A DNA stretch of 64,000 nt from Gemmatimonadota bacterium (GCA_039586365.1 JBDHKN010000034.1:8186-72185); one strand, 5' to 3'. Positions 36,384 through 46,802 are shown, counted from the first letter of the stretch. Numbers and translations: made by a program. The notes: a model not told the origin generated them from the sequence alone.

Positions 36384-36458
36384 GGGCGAATAGCTCAGTT
36401 GGTCCAGAGCGCCTGCCTTACAAGCAGGAAGTCGGGGGTTCGAATCCCTCTTCGCCCA
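36384..36458 (+). tRNA. tRNA-Val(TAC)
   Basis: Acceptor GGGCGAA/TTCGCCC, D arm GCTC/GAGC, anticodon arm CCTGC-CTTACAA-GCAGG, T loop TTCGAAT; CCA not encoded. Confidence 0.97.
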
Positions 36459-36518
36459 TAGATTCGCGGGCTGATGATGGGGTACCTGGTCACTGAAGTC
36501 ATCAACGGGAGGACTGTA

Positions 36519-38211
36519 GTGGTGCAGCGCCAAACATCCCACCTGTGCTCCGTGCTCGTTTCGCTTGGTGTGCTGGCCGCTGTTGGTCTGGCGCCGGCCA
36601 CCGTGGCGGGGCAAGAGCGCACACACGACCGGATTCTCATTCTGACACCGATGCCGGTGCAGCCGGGGGATTCGGGATTCGTCCATGAGATGACCCACTT
36701 CCTGCGTACTAGAGCCCAGAACAAGTTCCGGCACAAGTGGCAGGTGATATCCACGGAGAAAGTGCACGAACTCTTTGTAAGATCAGGTGGCCAGGTCCCT
36801 GCAGGCTCACGGCTACATGTACGGGACGTTCGACCGCAGCAATGGCCAGGCCATCGCGCGGTACCGCATGGTCGATGTGAGTCGGTCCGGCCTGTCAGGC
36901 TGGCTGACAGTCGTGGGACAACTTGGTGACCCGCCCAAGGATTTCGCCGACCAGGTGGCCGATTCACTCGACAATCAAGTCAGGGCCGCCGACTACGCTA
37001 AGGACTGTACTGCCCGCCGAGACCGTTCGGATTTCAAAGGCGCCAGGGATCGCGCTGATCGGGCCTTCGCCATCTACGAGGACCACCCGTCCGCTGCCAT
37101 CTGTCTTTCCTATGTTTTCGAGGCCGAGCGGGCACCGGCCGACAGCATGGTCTGGGCATACCGCAAAGCGGCCCAAGGTGATTCACTCTATATGAGGGCA
37201 TGGGAGGAACTGGCTCGGCAGTACCAGCGCTTGGGTGATACGGCTGGGGCAGTTGAGGCCTACGCGCGGCAGCTCGACGCCAATCCTGGCGACATGGACA
37301 TGCGTTACAACACCGCCGCGGGTTACGTAGCCACACAGCAACTGGACAGGGCCCGGGTTGTGCTGGACGAAGGCTTGGAAAGGGAGCCGGAGAATCTTCG
37401 CTTCCTAAGGCTGAAGAACCAAGTCTGTCTGGACAGTGAGGATTGGCAGTGTGCGCTCCAGACCAGCTCTCGCCTATACGATATCGACTCGACTCTGGTC
37501 GGGAGTATCGAGTTCTACGGTGCCGTCATCGGTCTGGCCACGCAGGTCGCTGATACCGCAGCCATGCTCAGGTGGTCCGGCGAGGCACTGCAACACGACC
37601 CCAACTCAGTCCGGTTCTGGCAGCTGCATACTCTATTACTCGATGCAAACGGTATGGCTGACTCGGCCTTCGTCGGGTACCAGAAGCTCGTGGAGCTCAA
37701 TCCCGGGGACATCCGCAGCAAGCTGCAGGTCGCTACCAAGCTCGGGGAGCGGTTCACCGTGGATACGTTGCAGCCCCTCGACACCGCCATGGTAGAGCGC
37801 ATCGACGGTCTGCTGCAGGACATACTGACCGCCACGCAGGACAGCAATATCGCAACGGCCATCGGCGTCGAATACCTGAAGGGCGCACAGAAGCTGGTGC
37901 CAGTCCAACCGGACCTGGGGGTCCAATGGGCGGACAAGGCTCTGACCAACGATCCCAGGGGTTTGCTTACAACGCAGGCCAATTTTTGGTTGGGCTATGG
38001 CATGTTCTTGCTTGCGACGCCACTGGATCAGCAGATAGTCGAGTCGCAGTCCTGCAGGCTGCTGCCCGATTACCAGAACTACTTGAGGCGGGCGACCCAA
38101 GCACTCACGATTGGCCGTAGCGTGTCGGAAGAGACTGCAAGCCAGTTGCTGGGGTACCTGCAGCAGCTAGCTGGGAGGCCGGAGCAGTTCAGGCAGAGTT
38201 TCTGCCCATAG
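36519..38211 (+). pseudogene. Secreted TPR protein interrupted by a frameshift near 36781-36790
   Basis: GGGAGG RBS, GTG and signal peptide in one frame; TPR-containing remainder (36787..38211) in the +1 frame, closed upstream by TAA 36778-36780. Confidence 0.65.
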
Positions 38212-38221
38212 CACAAAGCGC

Positions 38222-38250
38222 TTGAATAAGGGAGAGGCCCCGTCTACATT
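38222..38250 (+). promoter_or_regulatory. Sigma70-type promoter of tRNA-Asp
   Basis: TTGAAT(38222-38227)-N17-TACATT(38245-38250), 18 nt before the tRNA. Confidence 0.65.
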
Positions 38251-38268
38251 GAAGGTCTGTGGATTTCA

Positions 38269-38342
38269 GGGGCTGTAGCTCAGTTGGTTAGAGTGCCGGT
38301 CTGTCACACCGGAGGCCGCGGGTTCAAGTCCCGTCAGCCCCG
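38269..38342 (+). tRNA. tRNA-Asp(GTC)
   Basis: Acceptor GGGGCTG/CAGCCCC, anticodon arm CCGGT-CTGTCAC-ACCGG, T loop TTCAAGT, discriminator G; CCA not encoded. Confidence 0.97.
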
Positions 38343-38367
38343 TGGAAAAACCTAGAGGTATGGATTC

Positions 38368-38405
38368 CGGCCCCGCTTGCCTAGCTTGCGGGGCCGTTGT
38401 GTTTT
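38368..38405 (+). terminator. Intrinsic terminator-like hairpin after tRNA-Asp
   Basis: Perfect 9-bp stem CGGCCCCGC/GCGGGGCCG, 11-nt loop, followed by TTGTGTTTT. Confidence 0.65.
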
Positions 38406-38411
38406 CCTAGC

Positions 38412-39335
38412 GTGAGCGTGGTATCCTATCACACCCCCGTACTCGTCGAGGAGGTCTGCCGGTTGGCAGCCGGTCGGGTGAGGATCGTCGACTGCACGCT
38501 GGGGGGTGGAGGACATGCTGCCCGACTGGTCGGCGCGGGCGTGGAGTTACTCGGCATCGATCGAGATCCACAGGCGGTTGCTCTAGCGAGCCGCCGGATA
38601 ATCGGAGCAGGAGTTCGTTGCGTCACCGCCAATTTCGCCGATCCCCGCACAATCGCAGAAGTGGCCCGTTTCAGACCCGATTTCGTACTGTTCGACTTGG
38701 GAGTCTCGAGTTATCAATTGGACGCCGATGAACGTGGTTTCTCTTTCCGACAGGCCGTCCCGCTAGATATGAGGATGAGCGTAGGGCAGGGGACGACCGC
38801 TGCCGAGTTGCTCAGTAACCTCGGCCAGAGGGAGCTGACCTCCATTTTTCGAGGCTACGGCGATGAGCCTCGAGCCTCGCGCTTGGCAGCCGCCATTGTG
38901 CGCAGACGGGAGCGGAGTGGCTTCAAGACCAGCACCGATCTGGTCAACGCCATCCGCGAGGCAGTCGGTCCGCGAGCTGGTCCCAGCGATTTTGCGCGGC
39001 TGTTTCAAGCGCTGCGGATAGCTGTGAACGACGAGATCGGTGCTCTCCAGTCTGCATTGCCGGCTTTCCTAGAGGCGTTGGAGCCCGGTGGGTCAATCGC
39101 CGTCATTAGCTATCACTCCGGTGAAGATCGAGTGGTCAAGCGAGAGTTTCGTGAATGGGCCCGCGAATGCATCTGTCCCAGCAGTTCTCCAATCTGCACC
39201 TGTCGCGGTATAGCCTTGGGGGTGCTTGATCCCAAGAAACCTGTGCGACCCAGTGCCGCTGAGGTGGCAGCCAATCCTCGAGCGCGCAGTGCGAAGCTCA
39301 GGTCATTCCGGAAAGCGAATGCGGATCAAGGGTAG
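38412..39335 (+). CDS. rsmH: 16S rRNA m4C1402 methyltransferase
   Basis: YHTPVL, DCTLGGGGH, DLGVSSYQLD..RGFSF, FQALRIAVNDE, NPRARSAKLR; start GTG 38412 or 38418. Confidence 0.95.
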   Translation: MSVVSYHTPVLVEEVCRLAAGRVRIVDCTLGGGGHAARLVGAGVELLGIDRDPQAVALASRRIIGAGVRCVTANFADPRTIAEVARFRPDFVLFDLGVSSYQLDADERGFSFRQAVPLDMRMSVGQGTTAAELLSNLGQRELTSIFRGYGDEPRASRLAAAIVRRRERSGFKTSTDLVNAIREAVGPRAGPSDFARLFQALRIAVNDEIGALQSALPAFLEALEPGGSIAVISYHSGEDRVVKREFREWARECICPSSSPICTCRGIALGVLDPKKPVRPSAAEVAANPRARSAKLRSFRKANADQG

Positions 39336-39606
39336 GGTCTGGGCCGGCATCTGGCTGCTATTCGCAATTGCGGTGGCGGGGTGGGTAATTGCTCGGAACA
39401 CATCGGGCTATGTAAGCGCACGGGAATCGTCCGGATTGGCGGACAGCATCGGATACCTGAAATCGCGCAAGACGGAATTGACTCAGAGAATCCGCAGGGC
39501 AGAGAGCCGTGCCGTGCTGGTTCCTAGGGCCGAATCGCTCGGACTACGCTTGCCTGCCGACAGTGAAATCGTCATCCTGCAGACACCCGGCTATGAGAGA
39601 CGCTAG
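39319..39606 (+). CDS. ftsL: Cell division protein FtsL-like
   Basis: Short bitopic protein with coiled coil and A..LGL..P tail, between rsmH and ftsI. Confidence 0.7.
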   Translation: MRIKGRVWAGIWLLFAIAVAGWVIARNTSGYVSARESSGLADSIGYLKSRKTELTQRIRRAESRAVLVPRAESLGLRLPADSEIVILQTPGYERR

Positions 39607-39609
39607 CTA

Positions 39610-41520
39610 GTGGCAAAACCTGTGGTCAGGCTCGGTGCTGTCCGGCTCGCATTTGCGCTTGGGGTGGCCGCCGTGCTGGTGCGTTCGGCTCAAGTCCAGT
39701 TGGTGAGTGGTCAACGCTATGCCGACACGGCGGTAGCGCAGCGGACAGAGACTCTGGTCCTTCCAGCACGTCGTGGGACCATCTATGACCGAAACGGTGC
39801 GGTCCTGGCCCAGACCGTCGACGCATACCGCGTGGGGGTGGCACCCAACGAGCTACGGGACTTGGAGCGCGATGCGGAGATCATTGCTGCGCGGCTGAAG
39901 ATCCCGCAGAGCACAGTCCGCCGTCAGCTCAGACAGCGCTACGCTTGGTTTGGAGGTCCTTTCACCTCGGCCCAGGTCCAGCAGCTGCGGTCGATGCGGG
40001 GCGTTCACCTGACAGGCGACCTGATTCGCCTCCACCCCAATCCTGGCCTGGCCCGAGCAGTGCTGGGGCGACCCGCAGCGGAAGGCCGTCGAGCCAGTGG
40101 CATTGAGCGTGTCGTTGACACGCTACTCACGGGTACCGACGGCAGCGGCGTCGTCCTCCGAGACCGCCAAGGACGCAGGTTGGAATCACCTTCCCGGCTG
40201 GGCGAATTCCCGATTCCGGGGCACGATGTGTACCTGACGATCGACGCTGCATTGCAGGAGATCGTCGAGAAGGCGCTGGACGATGCGTTGTACGAATTCG
40301 AAGCCACAGCCGGCGATGTTGTCGTGCTCAATCCCACCACGGGTGAGATTCTCGCTCTGGCATCGCGCACGGCAGACGGGCGCAATACCACCAGCGCCTT
40401 CACTTCGGTGTTCGAACCTGGCTCTACAGCTAAGGTGTTTGCTGCCGCCGCACTCCTCACGGAAGGATTGGCACAGCCGACAGACTCAGTATGGACGGAG
40501 AACGGAACCTACGTCACAGAGCATCGCAGGATCCAAGATGATCACCCCAATGGCTGGCTTACGCTGCAAGGTGTCATAGAACAATCCAGCAACATCGGCA
40601 TCGTGAAGTTCGCCAGCCGAATCTCACCCGAATCACAGTACCGCATGTTGCGGAGCTTTGGCCTAGGCAGCCCGACCGCGGTGGAATACCCCAGTGAGTC
40701 AGCGGGTAGACTCTCACGTCCAGATGCATGGAGCGGAATCACCGGGCAGAGTATGGCGATGGGATACGAGATTGCGGTGACCCCTTTGCAGCTCGCCCAG
40801 GCCTACGCGGCCATAGCCAATGGTGGCGTGCTCTTGAGGCCGACTCTGCTGAGCAAGGTGTCAGCGCCGGACGGTGCAATTGTCTACCGACATATTCCGG
40901 AACCGGTTCGTCGGGTGCTATCGGCGGAAGTGGCTGAGCAACTACGCACGGCGCTGCGCGGGGTCGTGTATCGCGGAGGCACGGGAGAATCGGCCGCGCT
41001 GCGCGGCTACGAAGTCGCTGGCAAGACAGGTACGGCGTGGCGCTCAGGACCCCAGGGATACGTGAGTGGCTCCTACACAGCGAGTTTCATCTCGTTGTTC
41101 CCGGCAGATCGTCCGCAACTAGTCACGGTGGTGAAACTGGATGAGCCCAAAGGGACTTACGCGCGGGTCACCGCGGTGCCGCTCACCAGGGCGGTGCTGG
41201 AGCAGGTGCTCGCCGCCGAGACCCAGGCCCTCGACCGGGGAAAGCTAGCAGGAACCGCCGCTCGAGCCGAATCAAATCAGGCCGTCGGGCAGGCCGAGGT
41301 TCGGCACGTGTTTCCTTGGCCAGACTCTCTCTCTGCCGATCGTGCGCCGGACCGGCCGGTCCCGAACGTCGTGGGTATCCCCCTGCGGGATGCGGTTCGC
41401 CGCATGCACGAGGCAGGATTGCGGGTACAGCTATCCCGCATCGGAGCCGTCACGGACACTGACCCGAGACCGGGCACCATGGTGGCACCAGGTACGCTGG
41501 TGAAATTGGTCGTACGGTGA
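39610..41520 (+). CDS. ftsI: Class B penicillin-binding protein (FtsI/PBP3) with C-terminal PASTA domain
   Basis: RGTIYDRNG, EPGSTAK (SxxK), SSN, KTGT; VPNVVG PASTA repeat. Confidence 0.92.
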   Translation: MAKPVVRLGAVRLAFALGVAAVLVRSAQVQLVSGQRYADTAVAQRTETLVLPARRGTIYDRNGAVLAQTVDAYRVGVAPNELRDLERDAEIIAARLKIPQSTVRRQLRQRYAWFGGPFTSAQVQQLRSMRGVHLTGDLIRLHPNPGLARAVLGRPAAEGRRASGIERVVDTLLTGTDGSGVVLRDRQGRRLESPSRLGEFPIPGHDVYLTIDAALQEIVEKALDDALYEFEATAGDVVVLNPTTGEILALASRTADGRNTTSAFTSVFEPGSTAKVFAAAALLTEGLAQPTDSVWTENGTYVTEHRRIQDDHPNGWLTLQGVIEQSSNIGIVKFASRISPESQYRMLRSFGLGSPTAVEYPSESAGRLSRPDAWSGITGQSMAMGYEIAVTPLQLAQAYAAIANGGVLLRPTLLSKVSAPDGAIVYRHIPEPVRRVLSAEVAEQLRTALRGVVYRGGTGESAALRGYEVAGKTGTAWRSGPQGYVSGSYTASFISLFPADRPQLVTVVKLDEPKGTYARVTAVPLTRAVLEQVLAAETQALDRGKLAGTAARAESNQAVGQAEVRHVFPWPDSLSADRAPDRPVPNVVGIPLRDAVRRMHEAGLRVQLSRIGAVTDTDPRPGTMVAPGTLVKLVVR

Positions 41521-42995
41521 GAAGACAGGCGATGGAGCTGCCGGTCATCGTAGATGCTCTGAGATCTGCGGGTGTGTTGGCAGACTCAGACGCTGAGTCG
41601 GTGAGTGTGACCGTCAGCGGTGTGATGGAGGACTCGCGGGAAATACAGCCGGGTTCCTTGTTCTGCGCCGTCGAGGGCACAATGCAGGACGGACATCGGT
41701 TCCTCGCTGATGCGGCGAGTCGCGGAGCTGCGGCGGCACTCGTGGTGCGCCGTGTCAACGTGGAACTGCCGCAGGTCATTGTGAGCGACAGCCGGGTTGC
41801 CGCCGGTGTCGCGGCCCGGGAATGGTACGGTCATCCCGCGGACGATCTGCGTCTGATCGGGGTTACGGGCACCAATGGCAAATCCACTACTGTCTCCCTC
41901 ATACGTCATATCCTCAATTCCGCGGGAGTAGCGGCCTCCCTGGGAACCTTGGGTGTGTTCGACGGGCTTGGGCACCGATTGTCCGGAGTCGGGTCGCTGA
42001 CCACGCCTGGCCCGGTTGAACTTCAAGCTGTGCTCGCCGAACTGCGGCAGCGTGGTGTGCGCACCGTTGCGCTCGAGGCATCTTCACACGGACTTGACCA
42101 ACGGCGGCTGGAGGCTGTCAGGTTCAGTGCGGCTGTCTATACCAACATCAGTCATGAACACCTCGACTACCATGCCGATCTCGAGTCATACGCTGCCGCA
42201 AAGATGAGACTGTCGCAACTGGTCGATCGTTCCGGAGTCGAGGTTGTCAACGCAGACGATCCCATTTGGGAGGGGCTTCCCGAGCGCGCTGGAATCCGTC
42301 GCATTCTCTACGGACGAGGGGTCGGAGCTGAGGTTCGTGGGACGGATGAGCGGCTTGATGCTGCGGGATCCGATGCAGTGTTTAGCTTCGCTGGCGCACC
42401 ACACCGGTTGAGGTTGCCGCTACTGGGTGAATACAACGTGACCAATGCGCTGGCGGCAGCGGCAACTGCGTGGGGATTGGGGCTCGATCCCGCGCTGATC
42501 ATCGAGCGACTCCATGCTCCACCCCAGGTTCCAGGGAGGATGGAGCGACTCGTTTCAGGGCCGTTCAATGTGTTGCGGGACTACGCCCACACACCTGACG
42601 GATTCGAGCGGGCGATTAGGACTATCCGAGACATAACGCGGGGGCGGTTGTTCGTGTTGTTCGGTGCGGGTGGAGACCGCGACAGAGACAAGCGACCGGT
42701 GATGGGGCAGATCGCTGCGCAGAACTGCGATTTGGTCATAATCGCCATGGACAATCCGCGAACTGAGGACCCTGAGCGGATCCTGGATGACATCGAGGAG
42801 GGGATCGGGCAGAGACCGCATCTCCGAATACTCGATCGGGCAGAGGCCATCCGGAGGGCGGTGTCGATGTTGGAGCCTGGTGACTGTCTTCTGCTGTTAG
42901 GCAAGGGACACGAGACCTATCAGATCATTGGGACCGAGAAAATCCCGTTCGACGAGCCTGCTATCGTACAGGCCGCGCTGGGGCACCGAGCATGA
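41517..42995 (+). CDS. murE: UDP-MurNAc-dipeptide--meso-DAP ligase
   Basis: VTGTNGKST, EASSHGL, HLDYH, DYAHTPD, DNPR (meso-DAP specificity), GKGHETYQ. Confidence 0.96.
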   Translation: MRRQAMELPVIVDALRSAGVLADSDAESVSVTVSGVMEDSREIQPGSLFCAVEGTMQDGHRFLADAASRGAAAALVVRRVNVELPQVIVSDSRVAAGVAAREWYGHPADDLRLIGVTGTNGKSTTVSLIRHILNSAGVAASLGTLGVFDGLGHRLSGVGSLTTPGPVELQAVLAELRQRGVRTVALEASSHGLDQRRLEAVRFSAAVYTNISHEHLDYHADLESYAAAKMRLSQLVDRSGVEVVNADDPIWEGLPERAGIRRILYGRGVGAEVRGTDERLDAAGSDAVFSFAGAPHRLRLPLLGEYNVTNALAAAATAWGLGLDPALIIERLHAPPQVPGRMERLVSGPFNVLRDYAHTPDGFERAIRTIRDITRGRLFVLFGAGGDRDRDKRPVMGQIAAQNCDLVIIAMDNPRTEDPERILDDIEEGIGQRPHLRILDRAEAIRRAVSMLEPGDCLLLLGKGHETYQIIGTEKIPFDEPAIVQAALGHRA

Positions 42996-44356
42996 GTATG
43001 TGGACGGGCGAGCGGGTGGCTAGAGTGCTGGGCACCGTCACGCAGTCTACAGTATCGTTTCGGTCCATCACCACCGACACTCGTTGCCTCCAGCCCGGAT
43101 CGCTGTTCGTCGCTCTCGTCGGTGAGCGGTTCGATGGGCACGAGTTCCTGCGTGATGCAAGAAGGCGGGGTGCTCTTGGTGCAGTGGTGCAGCACGGAAC
43201 ACCGCCGGTCGATGGCATGGTGCACTTGGAGGTGGATGACACTCTCACGGCGCTGGGTTTGCTTGCCCGTGAGCGGAGAAGGATGGTTACCGGCCCTGTG
43301 GTCGCGATCACCGGAACGAACGGGAAGACATCCGTCAAGGAGATGGTCAGGTGCGCGTTGGGCACTCGCTGGAAGGTGCAAGCGACGCGGGAGAACTTGA
43401 ACAACTTGGTCGGTGTCCCCCTCACCATTCTCGCTGCTCCCGATGACTGTGAAGCACTCGTGGTCGAGGCCGGTGCCAATCTCCCAGGCGAGATCGCACG
43501 GTTACGTGATGTGATAGAGCCGTCACTCGGTGTTGTCACCAACGTCGGGGCGGGGCATCTGGCAGGATTTGGATCGCTCGATGGTGTGCTGGTAGAGAAA
43601 GCCGCACTGCTCGAAGGCGTCCCTAAGGCGGTAGTCGGTACCGAACCACCGGAACTGGGCAAGCGTGCTCGGAGCTTGGCGGGTGCCGTGGTAACTGCGG
43701 GACTTGCTGACTCCGCCGCCGTCCGTCCGGATGAATGGGGGCTCGGGGCTTCGGGACACGGCTGGCTGGTGTTTGAGGGGATCAGGATCGATTTGCCGGT
43801 CCTCGGGAAGCATCAGTTGGATAATGCGATGCTCATGTTGGCGACTGCTCTGGAACTGGGATTGGAGGTCAGCTCAGTCAGATCCGCCTTGCAGAATCTC
43901 GAGTTGCCGTCGGGGCGATGCGAGATGATATCCTGCAACGATCGTATCATACTGCAAGATACATACAACGCGAATCCAGGATCTCTATTGGCTTTGCTCG
44001 ACACTGCCCGTAATATCCGAGATGACCGACCTCTCGTGGTGGTGCTCGGAACCATGTTGGAGCTGGGAACGGAGAGTCTGGCGCTCCATGCTCAGATGGC
44101 GGATGCCGTGATGCAGGAGCAACCACAGCTGCTTGCCGTGCTGGGAGAGTTCATCCCGGCTGTTGCACGCTACGCGCACAGGCTGGGAGATCGCTTGATA
44201 ACTGCGGAGGATTCCGATAGCCTGGGTCGCCTTGTGGCCACGCATCTAACGGGGAATGAAATCGTGCTGGTCAAGGGATCGCACGGTGTACATATGGAGC
44301 ACGCAATCCCCCATTTGACCAGAAGCGACAATACGCCGTGCTCTACCATCTCCTGA
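42992..44356 (+). CDS. murF: UDP-MurNAc-tripeptide--D-Ala-D-Ala ligase
   Basis: GERFDGH, ITGTNGKTSVKE, NLNNLVGVP, DTYNANP, MLELG, VKGS. Confidence 0.95.
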   Translation: MSMWTGERVARVLGTVTQSTVSFRSITTDTRCLQPGSLFVALVGERFDGHEFLRDARRRGALGAVVQHGTPPVDGMVHLEVDDTLTALGLLARERRRMVTGPVVAITGTNGKTSVKEMVRCALGTRWKVQATRENLNNLVGVPLTILAAPDDCEALVVEAGANLPGEIARLRDVIEPSLGVVTNVGAGHLAGFGSLDGVLVEKAALLEGVPKAVVGTEPPELGKRARSLAGAVVTAGLADSAAVRPDEWGLGASGHGWLVFEGIRIDLPVLGKHQLDNAMLMLATALELGLEVSSVRSALQNLELPSGRCEMISCNDRIILQDTYNANPGSLLALLDTARNIRDDRPLVVVLGTMLELGTESLALHAQMADAVMQEQPQLLAVLGEFIPAVARYAHRLGDRLITAEDSDSLGRLVATHLTGNEIVLVKGSHGVHMEHAIPHLTRSDNTPCSTIS

Positions 44357-45459
44357 CTCCGCTGAGCTCGCAGTTCTTCGGGTTCAACGTCTTCAACTAC
44401 ATCTCGTTTCGCGCTGCGGGCGCCGCCTTCACTGCTATCCTACTCGCCTTCGTAGTGGGGCCACTGATTATCAAACAGCTGAAGCTAAAGGGAGTCGGAC
44501 AGGTAATCAGAACAGATGGTCCGGCAAGCCATCACTCCAAACGCGGCACGCCTACGATGGGCGGGCTCATCCTGCTTGTCTGTACCATCATTCCGACGCT
44601 GCTCTGGGCTCGACTCGATTCCCAGTATGTGCTGGTCATTGCGGTGGCGACGCTGTGGATGGGAGCGATCGGTTTCATCGACGATTATCTCAAGGTTGTC
44701 CAGGGCAAGGCACGAGGGCTGGTGGCTCGTTACAAGTTGGTGGGACAGATAGTGTTTGGAGTGGCACTGGGAGCCTACCTCTTGCTTTGGCCTGTTGCCG
44801 CCAACCTACCACCCAACGCGACAACGCTGCCGTTTTTCAAGTACGTGCTTGTTCAACTCCATCCCATTCTATACTTGGGATTCGTCACGTTCGTGGTGAC
44901 TGCAAGCAGTAACGCGGTGAATCTGACCGACGGTCTTGACGGCTTGGCGGCTGGGCTGACAGTCATTGCGGCCGCGGCATTCGCGTTCTGTGCGTATGTC
45001 TTCGGCCGGATCGATTACTCCGACTACCTGCTGGTCTACTACCTGCGTGGCGCGGGGGAGTTAGCGGTCTTCTGTGCTGCGTTGATGGGTGCAGCATTGG
45101 GGTTCCTGTGGTACAACGCCCATCCGTCTGAAGTCTTCCTGGGAGATACGGGCAGCCTTGCAATAGGTGGTGCGTTCGGAACCGTGGCCATCCTACTGAA
45201 ATCCGAATTCCTGTTGCTTCTGATTGGTGCCGTTTTCGCAGCGGAGACGCTCTCGGTGATCATTCAGACCCTGGTGTTTCGCTGGCGCCTGATCAGACAT
45301 GGCCGCGAGTATGCACGGCAGCATCGTGTCTTTCGGATGGCTCCGCTACATCACCACTTCGAGCAGTTGGGCTGGTCAGAGTCCAAGATAGTGACGCGGT
45401 TCTACATAATAGCCATCATGTGCGCGCTGTTCGCACTTGCGACAATGAAGATCAGATGA
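44338..45459 (+). CDS. mraY: Phospho-N-acetylmuramoyl-pentapeptide transferase
   Basis: GTPTMGG, GFIDDY, NAVNLTDGLDGL, FLGDTGS, MAPLHHHFE. Confidence 0.97.
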   Translation: MLYHLLTPLSSQFFGFNVFNYISFRAAGAAFTAILLAFVVGPLIIKQLKLKGVGQVIRTDGPASHHSKRGTPTMGGLILLVCTIIPTLLWARLDSQYVLVIAVATLWMGAIGFIDDYLKVVQGKARGLVARYKLVGQIVFGVALGAYLLLWPVAANLPPNATTLPFFKYVLVQLHPILYLGFVTFVVTASSNAVNLTDGLDGLAAGLTVIAAAAFAFCAYVFGRIDYSDYLLVYYLRGAGELAVFCAALMGAALGFLWYNAHPSEVFLGDTGSLAIGGAFGTVAILLKSEFLLLLIGAVFAAETLSVIIQTLVFRWRLIRHGREYARQHRVFRMAPLHHHFEQLGWSESKIVTRFYIIAIMCALFALATMKIR

Positions 45460-46802
45460 TTCCCGATGAGTGGCGGGACGGGGAGGTTGCGGTTGTGGGG
45501 TTGGGCCGCAGCGGCGCGGCGGCCACCAGGTTTCTTGCGGCCAACGGCCTTCAGGTCTACGTCTCTGACAACGCTGCTACGGAGGCGGTGCGAACAAACG
45601 CTGCGGATTTGGCCGGTCCTGGTGTGACCGTGGATGTCGGGCGACACGACCTCGATCGGATCAGTCGCTCGAGCTTGGTCGTTACTTCGCCGGGTGTAGC
45701 CCCACAGGCGCCACCCTTGAGAGCAGCTCGCAGCGCTGGCCGCGACATCCTCGCAGAGCTCGATCTGGCGGCAATGCAACTCGACGATGCTAGACTGATA
45801 GTGGTGACGGGGACCAACGGGAAGACGACGACCACCAAGTTGATAGCACATCTGCTTCGTGAGGCGGGTGAGTCTGCCGAGGCCGCAGGCAACATCGGAG
45901 TACCGCTGATCGAAGTGACAAGCCGACCAGTGAGACCCAGTTGGATCGCCGTAGAGGCGTCCTCGTTCCAACTCCACGACTCACCCCACCTCACTCCGAC
46001 TATCGGTGTGATGACCAACCTGGCACCTGATCACTTGGACCGGTACGAAAGCGTAGAGGCCTACTACGCTGATAAGCGCAACCTGTTCCGCAACGCCAAT
46101 ACCGAAGCGGTCTGGGTCTTGAACGGTGACGATCCCGCTCTGCTGCGCCTAGCGGATGGGGTGGCTGGGGAACACCTGCATTGGAGCCTGCAGGACCACG
46201 CAGACGGATGGTACGATCGCTCGGCAGGGCGGCTAGTGCTGGCTGGTCAGGCATTGCTACCACGAGCGGAGATCCCGCTGCTGGGCGACCACAACGTGGC
46301 CAACGCTTTGGCTGCAGCAATTGCCGTCAGGGCAGCAGGTGTCGGAGTCTCAGCCATTTCGCGAGGCTTACAGTGCTTCAGGCCGCTGCCACACCGGTTG
46401 GAGCCAGTACGTGAGGTGGAGGGGACGGTTTGGATCAACGATTCGAAGGCAACCAATGTCTCATCTACCTTGGTCGCCGTCGCCGCAATGGACCGTCCTT
46501 ACGTGTTGATTGCAGGAGGGCGCGCCAAAGGTGGGGGATTCGCTCAGCTGGTCGACCCGCTCGCGACCAATTGCCGAGCCGTCATCGCATACGGGGAAGC
46601 CCGTGGTGCCATCGAGCAAGATCTCAATCGGGTGGTTCGGGTGCACGGTGTGGCTAGTTTCTGCAAGGCGGTGAGCCTGGCACAAGAGTCTGCACTCGAA
46701 GGTGACGTGGTGCTGCTGTCTCCAGCCTGCGCGAGTTTCGATCAGTTCTCCAACTACGAAGAACGTGGCGACGTTTTCCGGCGGATCGTGGAGTCGCTGT
46801 GA
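45456..46802 (+). CDS. murD: UDP-MurNAc-L-Ala--D-Glu ligase
   Basis: GLGRSG, TGTNGKTTT, EASSFQL, DHLDRY, NDSKATN, SPACASFDQF; ATG 45456. Confidence 0.96.
   Translation: MIPDEWRDGEVAVVGLGRSGAAATRFLAANGLQVYVSDNAATEAVRTNAADLAGPGVTVDVGRHDLDRISRSSLVVTSPGVAPQAPPLRAARSAGRDILAELDLAAMQLDDARLIVVTGTNGKTTTTKLIAHLLREAGESAEAAGNIGVPLIEVTSRPVRPSWIAVEASSFQLHDSPHLTPTIGVMTNLAPDHLDRYESVEAYYADKRNLFRNANTEAVWVLNGDDPALLRLADGVAGEHLHWSLQDHADGWYDRSAGRLVLAGQALLPRAEIPLLGDHNVANALAAAIAVRAAGVGVSAISRGLQCFRPLPHRLEPVREVEGTVWINDSKATNVSSTLVAVAAMDRPYVLIAGGRAKGGGFAQLVDPLATNCRAVIAYGEARGAIEQDLNRVVRVHGVASFCKAVSLAQESALEGDVVLLSPACASFDQFSNYEERGDVFRRIVESL

Noticed and set aside
36472..36496. Box C/D-like pair TGATGA...CTGA after tRNA-Val
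   Set aside because: Too short, no convincing terminal stem, and C/D guide RNAs are not known in bacteria; likely chance
36384..38342. tRNA-anchored genomic island or prophage
   Set aside because: No integrase or transposase, and no duplicated tRNA 3' end seen in the window
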